Source: Acetobacteraceae bacterium (lineage in GTDB: Bacteria > Pseudomonadota > Alphaproteobacteria > Acetobacterales > Acetobacteraceae). From it: DNA of 57,010 nt. Where the stretch lies: assembly GCA_009693795.1 (NCBI GenBank), contig SHWN01000001.1, forward strand, positions 1 through 57,010, read 5' to 3'. Within the stretch, counting starts at the first letter, position 1. Each line of letters begins with the position of its first letter. The notes under the pieces were generated by a model. The model did not search any database, was not told where the DNA came from, and saw nothing but the letters and a program-made list of their open reading frames with translations. The translations under genes and the position numbers were made by a program. Shown in pieces: positions 20,766-30,861 of this stretch.

Positions 20766-22553
20766 CTAGGCCCGGGCGGCGCGTAATTGGCCGCGCAAGA
20801 GATCGGTGGCGGGCGCGTCGACCAGATAGGTTTCACCGCTGGTATCGAGCACGACGCCATAAATGTCGCGCGCGCGCGGGAGCGAAATCCAGCCTTCGCG
20901 GGCACGTTTGGCTACGCGGTCTGGGGCGCGTCGCAGCGGATCGCCATAGCCGCCGCCACCGCAGGCTTGCGATTCCAGCCGTTCTCCGGGAGAAAGCGTG
21001 AGATCAATGGTGTTGGCGAGTTCACTGCGCTGCTGGTTGCGGGTGATGCGCCAAGCATGGCTGGCGCCGCCATGCAGGCCGCCGGCGGCGCCGAAAGGCG
21101 GAAAATCATGCGCGGCGGCATTGGTCGTAAAACGCACCTGATCATCGCGCACGCGGTAGATGCAATGCGCACCCGGCCCGCCCTCCCATTGCCCGGGGCC
21201 GCCGCTATCGACGCCGATTTCTAGGCATTCGATCAGCACGGGCTGCTGTTGTTCCGTCACTTCCACGCTGGCCTGCCACATCATGCCTTGGGCTCCAGCG
21301 CCACCATAGGTGACCCAACCATCATGGCCCGGTACGCCGGGACCTCCCCAATAGCCGAGGATCACCTGATTGGCGTAGGCGCGATGGCCATGGCGCGAAT
21401 CATTACCGCTGACACCGGGGCAGGAGGCCGGATTTCCGATGGTACAGCAGGCGGCACCAAGGCCTTCCGCCAGATCGGCGAACAGCGATTGAATGAGGGA
21501 ATTGAGCACGTGGCACAGGCTGGTGGTCGCGGTGGAGGTGGCAGCGGGGAAGCGCGGCAGGCCGACGGCGCTGCCCTCGCGCAACTTTAAGTTTATCCGC
21601 TGAAAGGCGCCAGTGGCGCGCGGCACGTCGGGGCCGAGCGCGGTGAGTACCGCCACGCGGCAGGCGGCGGTGACAGTGGCTTCCGTCAGGTTAATGCCGA
21701 GAGGAAGATTGTCGATATTATCGGTGAGGTCGATATGGATCAGGCCGGCCTCGGGATCGATTTCCATGGTGGCGCGGACGGGGATGCCATCGGGCATGCC
21801 GGCATACTCGGAATCGTGGTTTTCCGTGCGCGTGACGGTGCCTTTGGGAAGTTTCTTGATCGCGGCGATGGCCATGTCGCGCGCATAGGTTTGGAACTGC
21901 GTGAGGAAGGTGCGGACAGTCGCGATACCGTATTTCTGGCAGAGCGCCTGGATGCCACGTTCGCCAGTGCGCACGGCGGCGAGGGTGGCGAGGTAATCGC
22001 CGTGGAATTGCTCCGGGGCGCGGATATTGGCCTTGCAGATATCGAGGACTTCCGGGACATCTTTGTCATCGCGCTGAATGCGCACGCAGGGCAGCATCAG
22101 GCCTTCTTCATACAGATCGCGCGAAAGCGGGCTGTAGGTGGTGGGGGTGGGGAAACCCATATCGCCCAAATGCGCGCGGGCAATGGCGTAGAAGACCAGT
22201 TCACCGCCCACGAAGATGGGCACGCAGAGCGTAAAATCCGCGCAATGGGTGTTGCCGTGATAACCGCTGTTATTGGCGAAGCAATCACCGGGATGGACAT
22301 CGGCGCCGAATTTCCGCTCCACCGCGCGGGAGATCAAATCGATGGCGGCGACATGGATGGGCAGGCCGAGCGCGGTGCTGACGGCGCGATGCTGGGCATC
22401 GGTGATGCAGCAGGAAAAGTCCATCGCCGTGTTGAGCACGCCGGAGCGCCCGGAGCGGAACAGGGCGTTGACCATCTCGCGGATGATCGCTTCCAGCCGG
22501 CGGCGAAGGACAACCATGGTAAAAAGATCAACCGTGTCGGTTTGGGTGTCCAT
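20766..22553 (-). CDS. hyuB: hydantoinase/oxoprolinase family, B (alpha) subunit
   Basis: Hydantoinase_B-like over its full length. The start at MDTQTDTVDLFTMVVLRRRLEAI (22553) was chosen by homology. It ends 3 nt before the hyuA start. Confidence 0.85.
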   Translation of the reverse strand: MDTQTDTVDLFTMVVLRRRLEAIIREMVNALFRSGRSGVLNTAMDFSCCITDAQHRAVSTALGLPIHVAAIDLISRAVERKFGADVHPGDCFANNSGYHGNTHCADFTLCVPIFVGGELVFYAIARAHLGDMGFPTPTTYSPLSRDLYEEGLMLPCVRIQRDDKDVPEVLDICKANIRAPEQFHGDYLATLAAVRTGERGIQALCQKYGIATVRTFLTQFQTYARDMAIAAIKKLPKGTVTRTENHDSEYAGMPDGIPVRATMEIDPEAGLIHIDLTDNIDNLPLGINLTEATVTAACRVAVLTALGPDVPRATGAFQRINLKLREGSAVGLPRFPAATSTATTSLCHVLNSLIQSLFADLAEGLGAACCTIGNPASCPGVSGNDSRHGHRAYANQVILGYWGGPGVPGHDGWVTYGGAGAQGMMWQASVEVTEQQQPVLIECLEIGVDSGGPGQWEGGPGAHCIYRVRDDQVRFTTNAAAHDFPPFGAAGGLHGGASHAWRITRNQQRSELANTIDLTLSPGERLESQACGGGGYGDPLRRAPDRVAKRAREGWISLPRARDIYGVVLDTSGETYLVDAPATDLLRGQLRAARA

Positions 22554-22631
22554 GTGCGCCGTGTCCCCGGATATCCTGTTGGGCCGAATTATTTCTGGAC
22601 TCCGCGCGGGCGGCAAGCGGCGAGCCGGGCG

Positions 22632-23939
22632 TTACGACCCGGCGATCGCATCCGACAGGAGCTTGATGTTCAACACGACGACGAGGGCGGCGGACGCCCA
22701 GCCGAGAACCAGTTGCCAGCGTGGGGTGGCCAACGCGCCAAGGCGCGCGCGGTCGGACGCGAACAGCATCAACGGAATGACCGCAAAGGGTAATTGCAAC
22801 GACAAAATAACCTGCGAGAGAATGAGCAGCTTGGCCGTGCCGCCCGCGCCATAGAGCCAGGTGACGATCACCGCCGGCACGATGGCGACCGAGCGTGTGA
22901 TCAGCCGGCGCAGCACGGGTGGCAGACGGACCCGCAGAAACCCCTCCATCACCACTTGCCCAGCCAGGGTGGCGGTGACGGTGGCATTGAGGCCGCAGAG
23001 CAGCAGCGCCACGGCGAACAGCACTGCCGCCGCGCCGACACCCACCATCGGGGTGAGTAGCTGATAGGCCTCACCAATTTCTGCAACATCGCTGCGCCCG
23101 CTGGCATGGAAGACCGCCGCAGCGGTGATAAGGATAGCGGAGTTCGCCAGCAGCGCCATCGATAAAGCGAGCGTGCTGTCGATACTGGCATAGCGCACGG
23201 CCTCGCGCTTGCTAACCTCGTCATGGCCCCAGGCGCGGGACTGGATCAGCGCGGTATGCAAATAAAGATTATGTGGCATCACGGTCGCACCCAGAATGCC
23301 CATGGCGATGTAAAGCTGAGTCTGATTGGTGACGATGGAAAGCGATGGGATATAACCGCGCGCCACAGCACCCCATTCCGGTTGCGACAAGATGACCTGC
23401 ACGGCGAAACAGCCAAAGATCAGCACCAGCATGCCAATGATGAAGGCTTCCAGCCAACGCACTCCTTTATTTTGCAGCCACAGGATCAGAAACGCATCCA
23501 ACGCCGTCAGCCCCACACCGACCAGCAGCGGCACACCGAATAGCAGTTCCAGTGCAATGGCCGTGCCGATCAGCTCGGCGAGGTCGGTGGCACAGATGGC
23601 GATCTCCGCCAGCGCCCAGAGCACATAGACCAATGCGGGGGAAAAGCGTTCCCGACATAACTGCGCGAGATCCTGCCCGGTGGCGATGCCGATGCGCGCA
23701 CAGAGGGCCTGCAACAAGATCGCGATCAGCGACGACATTAGCGCCACAGCCAGTAAGGTGTAGCCGAACGCCGAGCCACCGGCCAAGGCGGTGGCCCAGT
23801 TGCCGGGGTCCATATAGCCCACGGAGACCAGATAGCCCGGACCGATAAACGCCAGCAGCTTGCGCGCCCAGCCCGCGCTCAACGGCGGCACGGGCACGCT
23901 GCGGTGCACTTCCGGCAGACTGCGAGCCTCGATGGCCAT
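22632..23939 (-). CDS. mntH: NRAMP-family Mn2+/Fe2+:H+ symporter
   Basis: 435 aa, polytopic; motifs [18 protein letters not shown] and [11 protein letters not shown]. Confidence 0.9.
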   Translation of the reverse strand: MAIEARSLPEVHRSVPVPPLSAGWARKLLAFIGPGYLVSVGYMDPGNWATALAGGSAFGYTLLAVALMSSLIAILLQALCARIGIATGQDLAQLCRERFSPALVYVLWALAEIAICATDLAELIGTAIALELLFGVPLLVGVGLTALDAFLILWLQNKGVRWLEAFIIGMLVLIFGCFAVQVILSQPEWGAVARGYIPSLSIVTNQTQLYIAMGILGATVMPHNLYLHTALIQSRAWGHDEVSKREAVRYASIDSTLALSMALLANSAILITAAAVFHASGRSDVAEIGEAYQLLTPMVGVGAAAVLFAVALLLCGLNATVTATLAGQVVMEGFLRVRLPPVLRRLITRSVAIVPAVIVTWLYGAGGTAKLLILSQVILSLQLPFAVIPLMLFASDRARLGALATPRWQLVLGWASAALVVVLNIKLLSDAIAGS

Positions 23940-23985
23940 GGCCGATCCGTCCCAGGGTGGAGGCGTAACGATGTGAGGACTCCTA

Positions 23986-24005
23986 AGTTCAGTTGAGACT
24001 AAACT
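23986..24005. promoter_or_regulatory. imperfect 20-bp palindrome, candidate MntR operator in the mntH/mntR divergent region
   Basis: AGTTCAGTTG/AGACTAAACT has 7 of 10 complementary positions. It is the only sizeable dyad in the 131-bp intergenic region. I could not match it to a known MntR box. Confidence 0.3.
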
Positions 24006-24070
24006 AGTCAGGCTTCAATAAAAATTCAAGCTTACCTGTTTGATCCGGCCACTTCGTGCTAGAAGTCCGC

Positions 24071-24526
24071 ATGCTCGCCGAACCGCCCCCCGATTCAGCT
24101 ATTGGCCGCCCCCTGCCACCCGCAGATACCCAGGCCGCGCGCTTCGCCCGGGCACGCACGCGCGATCGCTCGGCGGTGGCGGAGGATTACGTGGAGCTCA
24201 TTGCCGATTTACTGGATGCCGAGGGGGAGGCGCGCGCCGTGGATGTCGCACATCGCCTAGGCGTGACGCAGGCGACCGTGGCCGCGGCAATTGGCCGGTT
24301 GCAGCGCAATGGGTTGGTGGAAACGAGACCCTATCGCGGCCTGTTTCTGACCGATGCCGGGCGCGCCGTCGCTCAGGCCGCGCGCCACCGCCACGGTGTG
24401 GTGGTAAGGCTGCTGTTGGCCCTCGGCCTGGATCAGGCCACGGCGGAAGCCGATGCCGAGGGCATCGAGCACCATGTCAGCGAGGCAACCCTGCAAGCGT
24501 TCGAAAAATTTTTGGAACCTAAATAA
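24071..24526 (+). CDS. mntR: DtxR-family manganese-responsive transcriptional regulator
   Basis: EDYVELIADLL...RLGVTQATV...RPYRGLFLTDAG...DAEGIEHHVSEAT; divergent from mntH. Confidence 0.85.
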   Translation: MLAEPPPDSAIGRPLPPADTQAARFARARTRDRSAVAEDYVELIADLLDAEGEARAVDVAHRLGVTQATVAAAIGRLQRNGLVETRPYRGLFLTDAGRAVAQAARHRHGVVVRLLLALGLDQATAEADAEGIEHHVSEATLQAFEKFLEPK

Positions 24527-24560
24527 AAAAACCTGGCGCCGATGACCGGTGCCAGGTTTT
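24527..24560. terminator. bidirectional intrinsic terminator between convergent mntR and the aldolase gene
   Basis: AAAAA-cctggcgccg-loop-cggtgccagg-TTTT. The stem is about 10 bp (one G-U pair), flanked by an A-run and a T-run. Confidence 0.7.
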
Positions 24561-24578
24561 CTGTGGGTCGCGGCCCGA

Positions 24579-25376
24579 TCAATCGCGGTAATCGGGTTCT
24601 TTCTTATCCAGAATCCGCTTCAACGCGGCAAAATGCCAATCCGCATTCGAGCGCCCGCCATATTTGACCGTCGATTGGCGATATTCAGCGTAGGTCTTGT
24701 CCACCGTTTCCTGCGGCAAATGGCGCAGCGGCCGGTTCGTCCACATGGCGTAAAGCTGCACCTGCGCGACACGTTCCAAATAATAGAGACGATCATAGGC
24801 CTCGGCGACCGTGTTGCCGACGGTGAGCGCGCCGTGATTGGCCATCATCATGATCGTATGATCGCCGAGCAACCCAGCCAGACGCCGACCTTCGACCGGA
24901 TCGAACGCGGGGCCGTCATAATGGTCATCGTAGCAGGTCTTCATCCGAGTCCCGAGTTCGGTCTGCCCGATCGGTAGGATCGTCTGGTCTTCCAGGCGGG
25001 AGAGCGCGCTGGCGAAGGGCATATGGGTGTGAAACACCGCGGCCGATTGGGCCGACAGTTCATGGATCGGCGCATGAATACAGTAGCAGGACTGCTCAAT
25101 CTCCCCAGAGCCCGCCTTCTGCGAGCCGTCATAGCCGACTTCCATAAAGCAGCTCGCCGTCACTTCCGACCAGTGCAGGCCGAACGGGATCTGGTAGTAA
25201 CGATCATTCGTGCCCGGCACGCGCAGGGTCAGATGGTTGAAGATACCTTCATGAAACCCGTGCATCACCGCCAGCCGATGCGCGGCGGCAAGGTCGATAC
25301 GGGCTTGCAGACGGGCGGGGTCGGTATTGACGACCGCCGGGGCCGCCGTGGCTGGGCGATCGAGCGTGCTGGACAT
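24579..25376 (-). CDS. class II aldolase/adducin-domain protein
   Basis: 265 aa; Aldolase_II-like (HGFHEGIFNHLTLRVPG, VFHTHMPFASAL). Confidence 0.75.
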   Translation of the reverse strand: MSSTLDRPATAAPAVVNTDPARLQARIDLAAAHRLAVMHGFHEGIFNHLTLRVPGTNDRYYQIPFGLHWSEVTASCFMEVGYDGSQKAGSGEIEQSCYCIHAPIHELSAQSAAVFHTHMPFASALSRLEDQTILPIGQTELGTRMKTCYDDHYDGPAFDPVEGRRLAGLLGDHTIMMMANHGALTVGNTVAEAYDRLYYLERVAQVQLYAMWTNRPLRHLPQETVDKTYAEYRQSTVKYGGRSNADWHFAALKRILDKKEPDYRD

Positions 25377-25536
25377 ATTTCTCTCCGGTTGGTTTATGCG
25401 GGATCATCGGGCCGGTCGCTGTAGTCCGTCAATACCGCCTGCAGGACGGTTCAGGCTGTCGGCGATCACCACCAATCCGATGATGGACAAGATTTCATGT
25501 CAGGAGATGTCAGTGCCGGTATGCGTCGTCTTGTCT

Positions 25537-25800
25537 GAGTGTCTGTTCGGAAACTTCTTGTATCCTATGAATCGCCTTTGATTCTCTAGCAACTGACGCG
25601 CTTCGCAGGAGACGAGCGACGTGGACGAAGGAGAACCTGGCACGCTACGACCGCGGCGCGTTGGGCTACCCAAGCGATCTAACAAACGAGAAATGAGCGC
25701 ACGTGGCGACGATCATTCCACCGGCAAAGCGCAGCAGCAACAAGCACAGGTCGAAGGTGCACGATATTTACGATGTTGTTCCTGTCAAAAATAGTCTGAT
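25537..25800 (+). pseudogene. IS5-family transposase remnant (DUF4096-type N-terminus only)
   Basis: One frame reads YPSDLTNEK*AHVATIIPPAKRSSNKHRSKV. This resembles the conserved YPSDLTD.EW.L..PLLPPAKRGG.. N-terminus of IS5/IS1031-type transposases, but carries an in-frame TGA and has no downstream DDE domain. The possible terminal repeat near 25537 is tentative. Confidence 0.55.
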
Positions 25801-25908
25801 CACGGCGGCGATATGATCGCCGGAACATGATCTTTGGACGGCCAGCGCGTGGCCCCTGCCCACCTCCGTTGCCGATCGCCTACCGATCCCCGTCGTCAAT
25901 CCGCGTCT

Positions 25909-26295
25909 TTAATTGCCGATCACGGCCATGATGTCGCATTGTACAAGAATTCCCGGGCTCAGACTTCCCTCGGATGTATGGCGGGCTGGGCGGGAATGCT
26001 CATCAGGGAACATTTTCAGCCATTCCACGTTCAGGGCTGGCCGTTGCGTGCGATCCCTCATGGTGACGGCGAATTTGATAATGCCGTCGGGGCTACCACC
26101 TGCCGCTGTCATCACCGCGCGGACATGCTGGAACATGAAGCGGAGCTGATCTTCCAAGGCCTCCGCCATCTTGCCGGTCGCCGGGTCCATGCCGTGAATA
26201 CCGCCGGAGACCAGCAGATTGCCAATCTGGCTGGCCGCGGGAATGGGGTTTGCGTGTTTGAAGCCTTCGATATGGATGCTTTTGCGTCGTGCCAT
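25909..26295 (-). CDS. RidA/YjgF family protein
   Basis: MARRKSIHIEGFKHANPIPAASQIGNLLVSGGIHGMDPATGK...; start at 26295 chosen by homology. Confidence 0.8.
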   Translation of the reverse strand: MARRKSIHIEGFKHANPIPAASQIGNLLVSGGIHGMDPATGKMAEALEDQLRFMFQHVRAVMTAAGGSPDGIIKFAVTMRDRTQRPALNVEWLKMFPDEHSRPARHTSEGSLSPGILVQCDIMAVIGN

Positions 26296-26420
26296 CGTAT
26301 CCTCCCCGATCCAGCGCGGCCAGAAGTCTGCCATGGAGCCGCCAGATTTCCCATCCGGCTTGCAAACCCAGGGCATTGCGCTATCTCTGGGCAGGAGATA
26401 CGCAGAGAGGCACAAGAATC

Positions 26421-27188
26421 TTGGCCACCAGCCTAGGACCGGGGGCGCCACAGAGCGCGCAACAGGCTTTGATTGAAATCGACAGCCTGACCAAGCGCTT
26501 CGGCGCCTTCACCGCTGTCGATATTGTCTCCTTCTCCGTTGCCAAGGGGGAAGTGCTTGGCTTTCTTGGCCCCAACGGCGCGGGCAAATCCACCACCATG
26601 CGCATGCTGGCCGGCTTCATGATTCCCAGTGCCGGCACGGCGCGCATCTGCGGCCATGATGTGCAGGCGGACGCCATCGCTGCGCGTCGCCAACTGGGCT
26701 TTCTGCCCGAAGGCGCGCCCACCTATCCGGAAATGACCGTTCTTTCATTTCTGCGCTTTACAGCCAAAATTCGCGGCTTCGCGGGCAGTGAGTTACGGGA
26801 CCGGATCGACAATGCCCTCTCGCTGACCGGCCTGGACAGCGTGCGACTGCAAACGGTGGAAACACTCTCAAAAGGTTTCAAGCGCCGCGTCGGTCTGGCG
26901 CAGGCGCTGCTGCATGACCCGCCCGTGCTAGTGCTCGACGAACCGACGGATGGGTTGGACCCCAACCAAAAGCACGAGGTGCGTAACCTGATCGCGCGGA
27001 TGGCGCCGGACAAGGCCATCGTCATCAGCACGCATATTCTGGAGGAGGTGGACGCGGTGTGTTCGCGCGCCATTGTGATTTCCCACGGAAAAATCGTCGC
27101 CGACGGCACCCCGGCGGAGCTGGAAAAACTGGCGCCATCGGGAAAGCTCGATGACGTGTTTCGCGCCCTTACCACACAGGCGGCCTAA
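26421..27188 (+). CDS. ABC transporter ATP-binding protein (ABC-2/GldA-like)
   Basis: Walker A GPNGAGKST, signature LSKGFKRR, Walker B LVLDEPT. There is no in-frame ATG near the conserved N-terminus, so a TTG at 26421 or 26469 is the likely start. Confidence 0.85.
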   Translation: MATSLGPGAPQSAQQALIEIDSLTKRFGAFTAVDIVSFSVAKGEVLGFLGPNGAGKSTTMRMLAGFMIPSAGTARICGHDVQADAIAARRQLGFLPEGAPTYPEMTVLSFLRFTAKIRGFAGSELRDRIDNALSLTGLDSVRLQTVETLSKGFKRRVGLAQALLHDPPVLVLDEPTDGLDPNQKHEVRNLIARMAPDKAIVISTHILEEVDAVCSRAIVISHGKIVADGTPAELEKLAPSGKLDDVFRALTTQAA

Positions 27189-27190
27189 GT

Positions 27191-27922
27191 ATGAGAATCA
27201 CCGGCGTTATTGTCCAACGCGAGCTGGTGGCCTATTTCGCCACCCCGGTTGCCACCGTCTTCATCGTCATCTTCCTGGCCTTACAGGGCGCGCTGACCTT
27301 TAACCTGGGAAATTTCTTCGATCGAGGTCAGGCCGATCTGGTTTCTTTCTTTAACTTTGTCCCATGGGTATTATTGCTACTGGTACCCGCCATTACCATG
27401 CGGCTCTGGGCGGAAGAGCGCCGCCAAGGTACGATTGAACTCTTGCTGACTTTGCCAATCACCCCGGCGCAGGCCGTGCTGGGGAAATTTTTGGCCGCCT
27501 GGGGCTTTTGCACCATCGCGCTGGCGCTGACCTTTCCCTTTGTTATCACCGTCAATATCCTGGGCAATCCCGATAATGGCGTGATCGCGGCAGGTTATGT
27601 CGGCGCGTTGTTGGTTGCCGGCGCGTTCCTCTCAGTGGGTGCGGCAATCTCGGCGGCGACGAAGAACCAGGTGATAGCCTTTGTTGTGGCTGTTGCGGTG
27701 TGTTTCACATTCTCCGTCGCCTCCTATCCAATCGTGACAGAGTTTTTGTCAAAGAATACGCCTCTGCTGGCGGAACTAGCCCGACGAATCAGCATCTTTG
27801 ACCGGTTCCTGAATTTCGTCCGCGGGGTAATCACCCTGCGCGATATCATTTACTTCTCCAGCTTCATCGGTTTCTGGTTATTCCTGAATACCGTCATCAT
27901 CGAAGCGCGGAAGGCGGATTAG
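27191..27922 (+). CDS. ABC-2 type transporter permease (GldF-like)
   Basis: 243 aa with six predicted TM segments. Starts 2 nt after the ATPase stop. Confidence 0.8.
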   Translation: MRITGVIVQRELVAYFATPVATVFIVIFLALQGALTFNLGNFFDRGQADLVSFFNFVPWVLLLLVPAITMRLWAEERRQGTIELLLTLPITPAQAVLGKFLAAWGFCTIALALTFPFVITVNILGNPDNGVIAAGYVGALLVAGAFLSVGAAISAATKNQVIAFVVAVAVCFTFSVASYPIVTEFLSKNTPLLAELARRISIFDRFLNFVRGVITLRDIIYFSSFIGFWLFLNTVIIEARKAD

Positions 27923-27925
27923 GCC

Positions 27926-29839
27926 ATGCAGCGCATCTGGCTTTCCTCTCTCGGCGTGATCGCCGCCGTCGCCATCGCCATCGGGGTAAATCTGTTCGCC
28001 GACGCGCAGCTGACGCAGGTGCGATTGGATCTGACGCAGCAACGGCTTTACACGCTCTCACCGGGCACGCGGAAGATTCTCGGTGACCTAAAAGATCCGA
28101 TCACCTTGCGGCTATTCTACTCGCGGAAGCTTGGCAGCACGGTGCCGATCTACGGCTCCTTTGCTGATCGCGTGCAGGAGATGTTGCAGCAATATGTCTC
28201 GCTATCAGGCGGGAAGTTGAAGCTGGAGATCTACGATCCCGAACCCTTCTCCGATACCGAGGACCGCGCCATGGCGCTGGGCCTGCAGGGTGTGCCGGTC
28301 GATCAGGGGGGCGAGAAAGTTTATTTTGGCCTAGCCGGCAGCAATCTACTTGATGACGAGCGCAATATCGGGTTTTTCCAGACGGACCGCGAGCGCTTCC
28401 TCGAATTCGACCTGACCAAGCTGGTCTATGACCTTTCCAGTCCCACGCGCGCCGTCGTTGGGTTGATGACCGGCTTGCCGGTGGATGGCGATCAGCGGCA
28501 GATGATGATGTCGCGCGGCCAGACAGGCCGGCCCTGGGTGGCCATGACGCAGTTGCGCCAGACCAACACGGTGAAGACCGTGCCGGAGGATGCGCAGGTG
28601 ATCGATGCCGATATCCAGGTACTGTTGGTGATCCACCCGCAGGATCTACCTGACACCACACTCTACACCATCGATCAGTTTGTCATGCGCGGTGGGCGGT
28701 TGATGGTGATGGTCGATCCGCTCAGCGAGGCGCAGGGTGCGACCCCAGGCCCCGGTGGACAGCCCGCGCTGGTTACCGGCTCGCAACTCGATAAGCTCCT
28801 CGATGCCTGGGGCGTCAAGGTTGAGACCAGCCGCGCGGTGGGCGATCTGGGTGGTGCCTGGCGGGTGCGGGCCAATCCGAATGACCGGATCCAGGCGGTG
28901 GATTATGTCGCCTGGTTCAATATGCGCGATGCCGGCATCAACCAGGCAGATCCCGCGAATGCAGAAATCCAACAAGTGACCGTTGCCTCGGCCGGTGCCA
29001 TCAGCAAGAAAGATGGCGCCAGCATCGAAATTCTTCCCCTCCTGCAATCCAGTTCGCGCAGCGGCTTCGTTGCCCTGGACAAGCTGCGCCAGCCGGACCC
29101 CGCGCGCATCCTGGCGGAATTCGAACCCGCAGGCGGACCCGCCACGATCGCGGCCCGCGCGCGCGGCATGCTGAAATCCGCTTTCGAAGCCGCGCCACCG
29201 GCACCCGAAGGCACGCAACGGCCAGAAAATTTCCCCGCCCATATCCCTGCCACACAGGCGCCGGCCAATCTGGTGATCGTTGCCGATACCGATCTCCTCG
29301 CCGATCGCTACTGGGTGCGTGTGCAGGAATTCTTTGGCGAGCAGCAGGCCACGCCGTTTGCCGACAACGGTGCTTTCCTCGCCAATGTCGTCGGCACCCT
29401 GGCCGGTGGAGATGCGCTGATCGGGCTGCGCGCACGCGGGGGCTCCGTCCGGCCGTTCGAACGTGTCGATGCCATGCAGAGAGACGCCGAGGCGCGCTTT
29501 CGCCAGACCGAACGCACCTTGCAGCAAAGCTTGGAGGGCGCCGAGAAAAAACTGCGGGAACTCCGCCAAGGCAGCACGGCAGGCGGCGCGCAGGCCAGTG
29601 CGACCCCCCAAGCCATCATCACGCCGGAGCAACGCGCCGCCATTGATGCGCTCCGCAAGGAAATGCTGGTGACGCGGCAGAAATTGCGCAATGTGCAGCT
29701 CGATCTGCGGCGCGATATCAGCGCGCTACAGAATAATCTGCGCCTGTTCAACATTGTGCTGGTGCCGGCCGTGCTGACCGTGCTCGCCATTATCTGGGGC
29801 ATCACGCGTAACCGGCGGCGCGCGAGGGCACGTGCATGA
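27926..29839 (+). CDS. GldG-like ABC-transport auxiliary protein ('ABC-type uncharacterized transport system')
   Basis: 637 aa with N- and C-terminal TM anchors and a large periplasmic domain. Sequence and position are typical of the GldG family. Confidence 0.7.
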   Translation: MQRIWLSSLGVIAAVAIAIGVNLFADAQLTQVRLDLTQQRLYTLSPGTRKILGDLKDPITLRLFYSRKLGSTVPIYGSFADRVQEMLQQYVSLSGGKLKLEIYDPEPFSDTEDRAMALGLQGVPVDQGGEKVYFGLAGSNLLDDERNIGFFQTDRERFLEFDLTKLVYDLSSPTRAVVGLMTGLPVDGDQRQMMMSRGQTGRPWVAMTQLRQTNTVKTVPEDAQVIDADIQVLLVIHPQDLPDTTLYTIDQFVMRGGRLMVMVDPLSEAQGATPGPGGQPALVTGSQLDKLLDAWGVKVETSRAVGDLGGAWRVRANPNDRIQAVDYVAWFNMRDAGINQADPANAEIQQVTVASAGAISKKDGASIEILPLLQSSSRSGFVALDKLRQPDPARILAEFEPAGGPATIAARARGMLKSAFEAAPPAPEGTQRPENFPAHIPATQAPANLVIVADTDLLADRYWVRVQEFFGEQQATPFADNGAFLANVVGTLAGGDALIGLRARGGSVRPFERVDAMQRDAEARFRQTERTLQQSLEGAEKKLRELRQGSTAGGAQASATPQAIITPEQRAAIDALRKEMLVTRQKLRNVQLDLRRDISALQNNLRLFNIVLVPAVLTVLAIIWGITRNRRRARARA

Positions 29840-30861
29840 AACCGAAACAGACGCTTCTGCTCGTTGCCATCGCCGTGATCGTGCTGGGCAGTGGCTGGTA
29901 CACGGCGCGCAATAAGACGCACGAGCGCACGGAAATCGCCAGCGGCACGCTGCTCTTTCCCAATCTGGCCCCAAGCCTGCAAACGGCGGCGCGGGTTGAG
30001 ATCACGAGCAAGGGCAAGACCATTGTCATCGCCAAATCAGGCGATGACTGGGGTATCGTTGCTTCCGCCGGTTATCGTGTGCAGCCAGGGAAATTGCGCG
30101 AACTGCTCACGGGTCTGACCGAACTGCGCCTGATTGAGCCGCGCACCTCCGACCCCGAGCAATTTGCCCGACTAGGCCTGGATGATCCTGCCAAGCCGGA
30201 CGCTGCGGCAACCTTGCTGCGTGTTCTGGACGGCGGCGGCAAAGCCCTGGTGGAGCTGATCACCGGGCATCGGCGCATGCGCACGCAGGGCAATGTGCCG
30301 GAATCGATCTATCTCCGCAGTCCCGGTGAAACGCGCACCTGGCTCGCGGAGGGGCGATTAGCGCCGGACGCCGATGCCTCGCTCTGGCTGGATCGAGACG
30401 TGCTGAACATCGCCCCCACCCGCATCGCCACCGCGACCATCACGCGCGGGGATGCCGCGCTGGAAATTGCCCGCGCGGAGGATAAATTCATCGTTCGCCT
30501 GCCGGCCGAAGCCGGCACCGTGGACGGGTTCAAGCTTGATGAAGTGGGCCGCGCCTTGGAAAGCCTCAGCTTTCTGGATGTGAAGGAAGCGAAGGATACG
30601 CCGGGTGAAAAACTAGGCACCGGGCGGTTCGTGACCAATGATGGCCTTGTTGTCATTGCCACGCTGTTTCGCGCCGGCAACGATATCTGGGTGCAGTTCG
30701 AGGTCAGCGGCGCCGATGCGGCGAAAGATGAGGCCACCTTGCTGGCCAATCGCCTGCGCGGCTGGGCCTATCAGGTCGGGGCCTGGAAGGAAAAAGCCAT
30801 GGTTCCCTCCCTCGAGGATCTACGCCCGACGCCGCTACGAGCCGCGCCTGCAACGCAATGA
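29836..30861 (+). CDS. DUF4340-like periplasmic protein
   Basis: 341 aa with an N-terminal TM/signal anchor. ATGA overlap with the upstream gene. The family assignment is from memory of the usual GldG-DUF4340 pairing. Confidence 0.6.
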   Translation: MKPKQTLLLVAIAVIVLGSGWYTARNKTHERTEIASGTLLFPNLAPSLQTAARVEITSKGKTIVIAKSGDDWGIVASAGYRVQPGKLRELLTGLTELRLIEPRTSDPEQFARLGLDDPAKPDAAATLLRVLDGGGKALVELITGHRRMRTQGNVPESIYLRSPGETRTWLAEGRLAPDADASLWLDRDVLNIAPTRIATATITRGDAALEIARAEDKFIVRLPAEAGTVDGFKLDEVGRALESLSFLDVKEAKDTPGEKLGTGRFVTNDGLVVIATLFRAGNDIWVQFEVSGADAAKDEATLLANRLRGWAYQVGAWKEKAMVPSLEDLRPTPLRAAPATQ

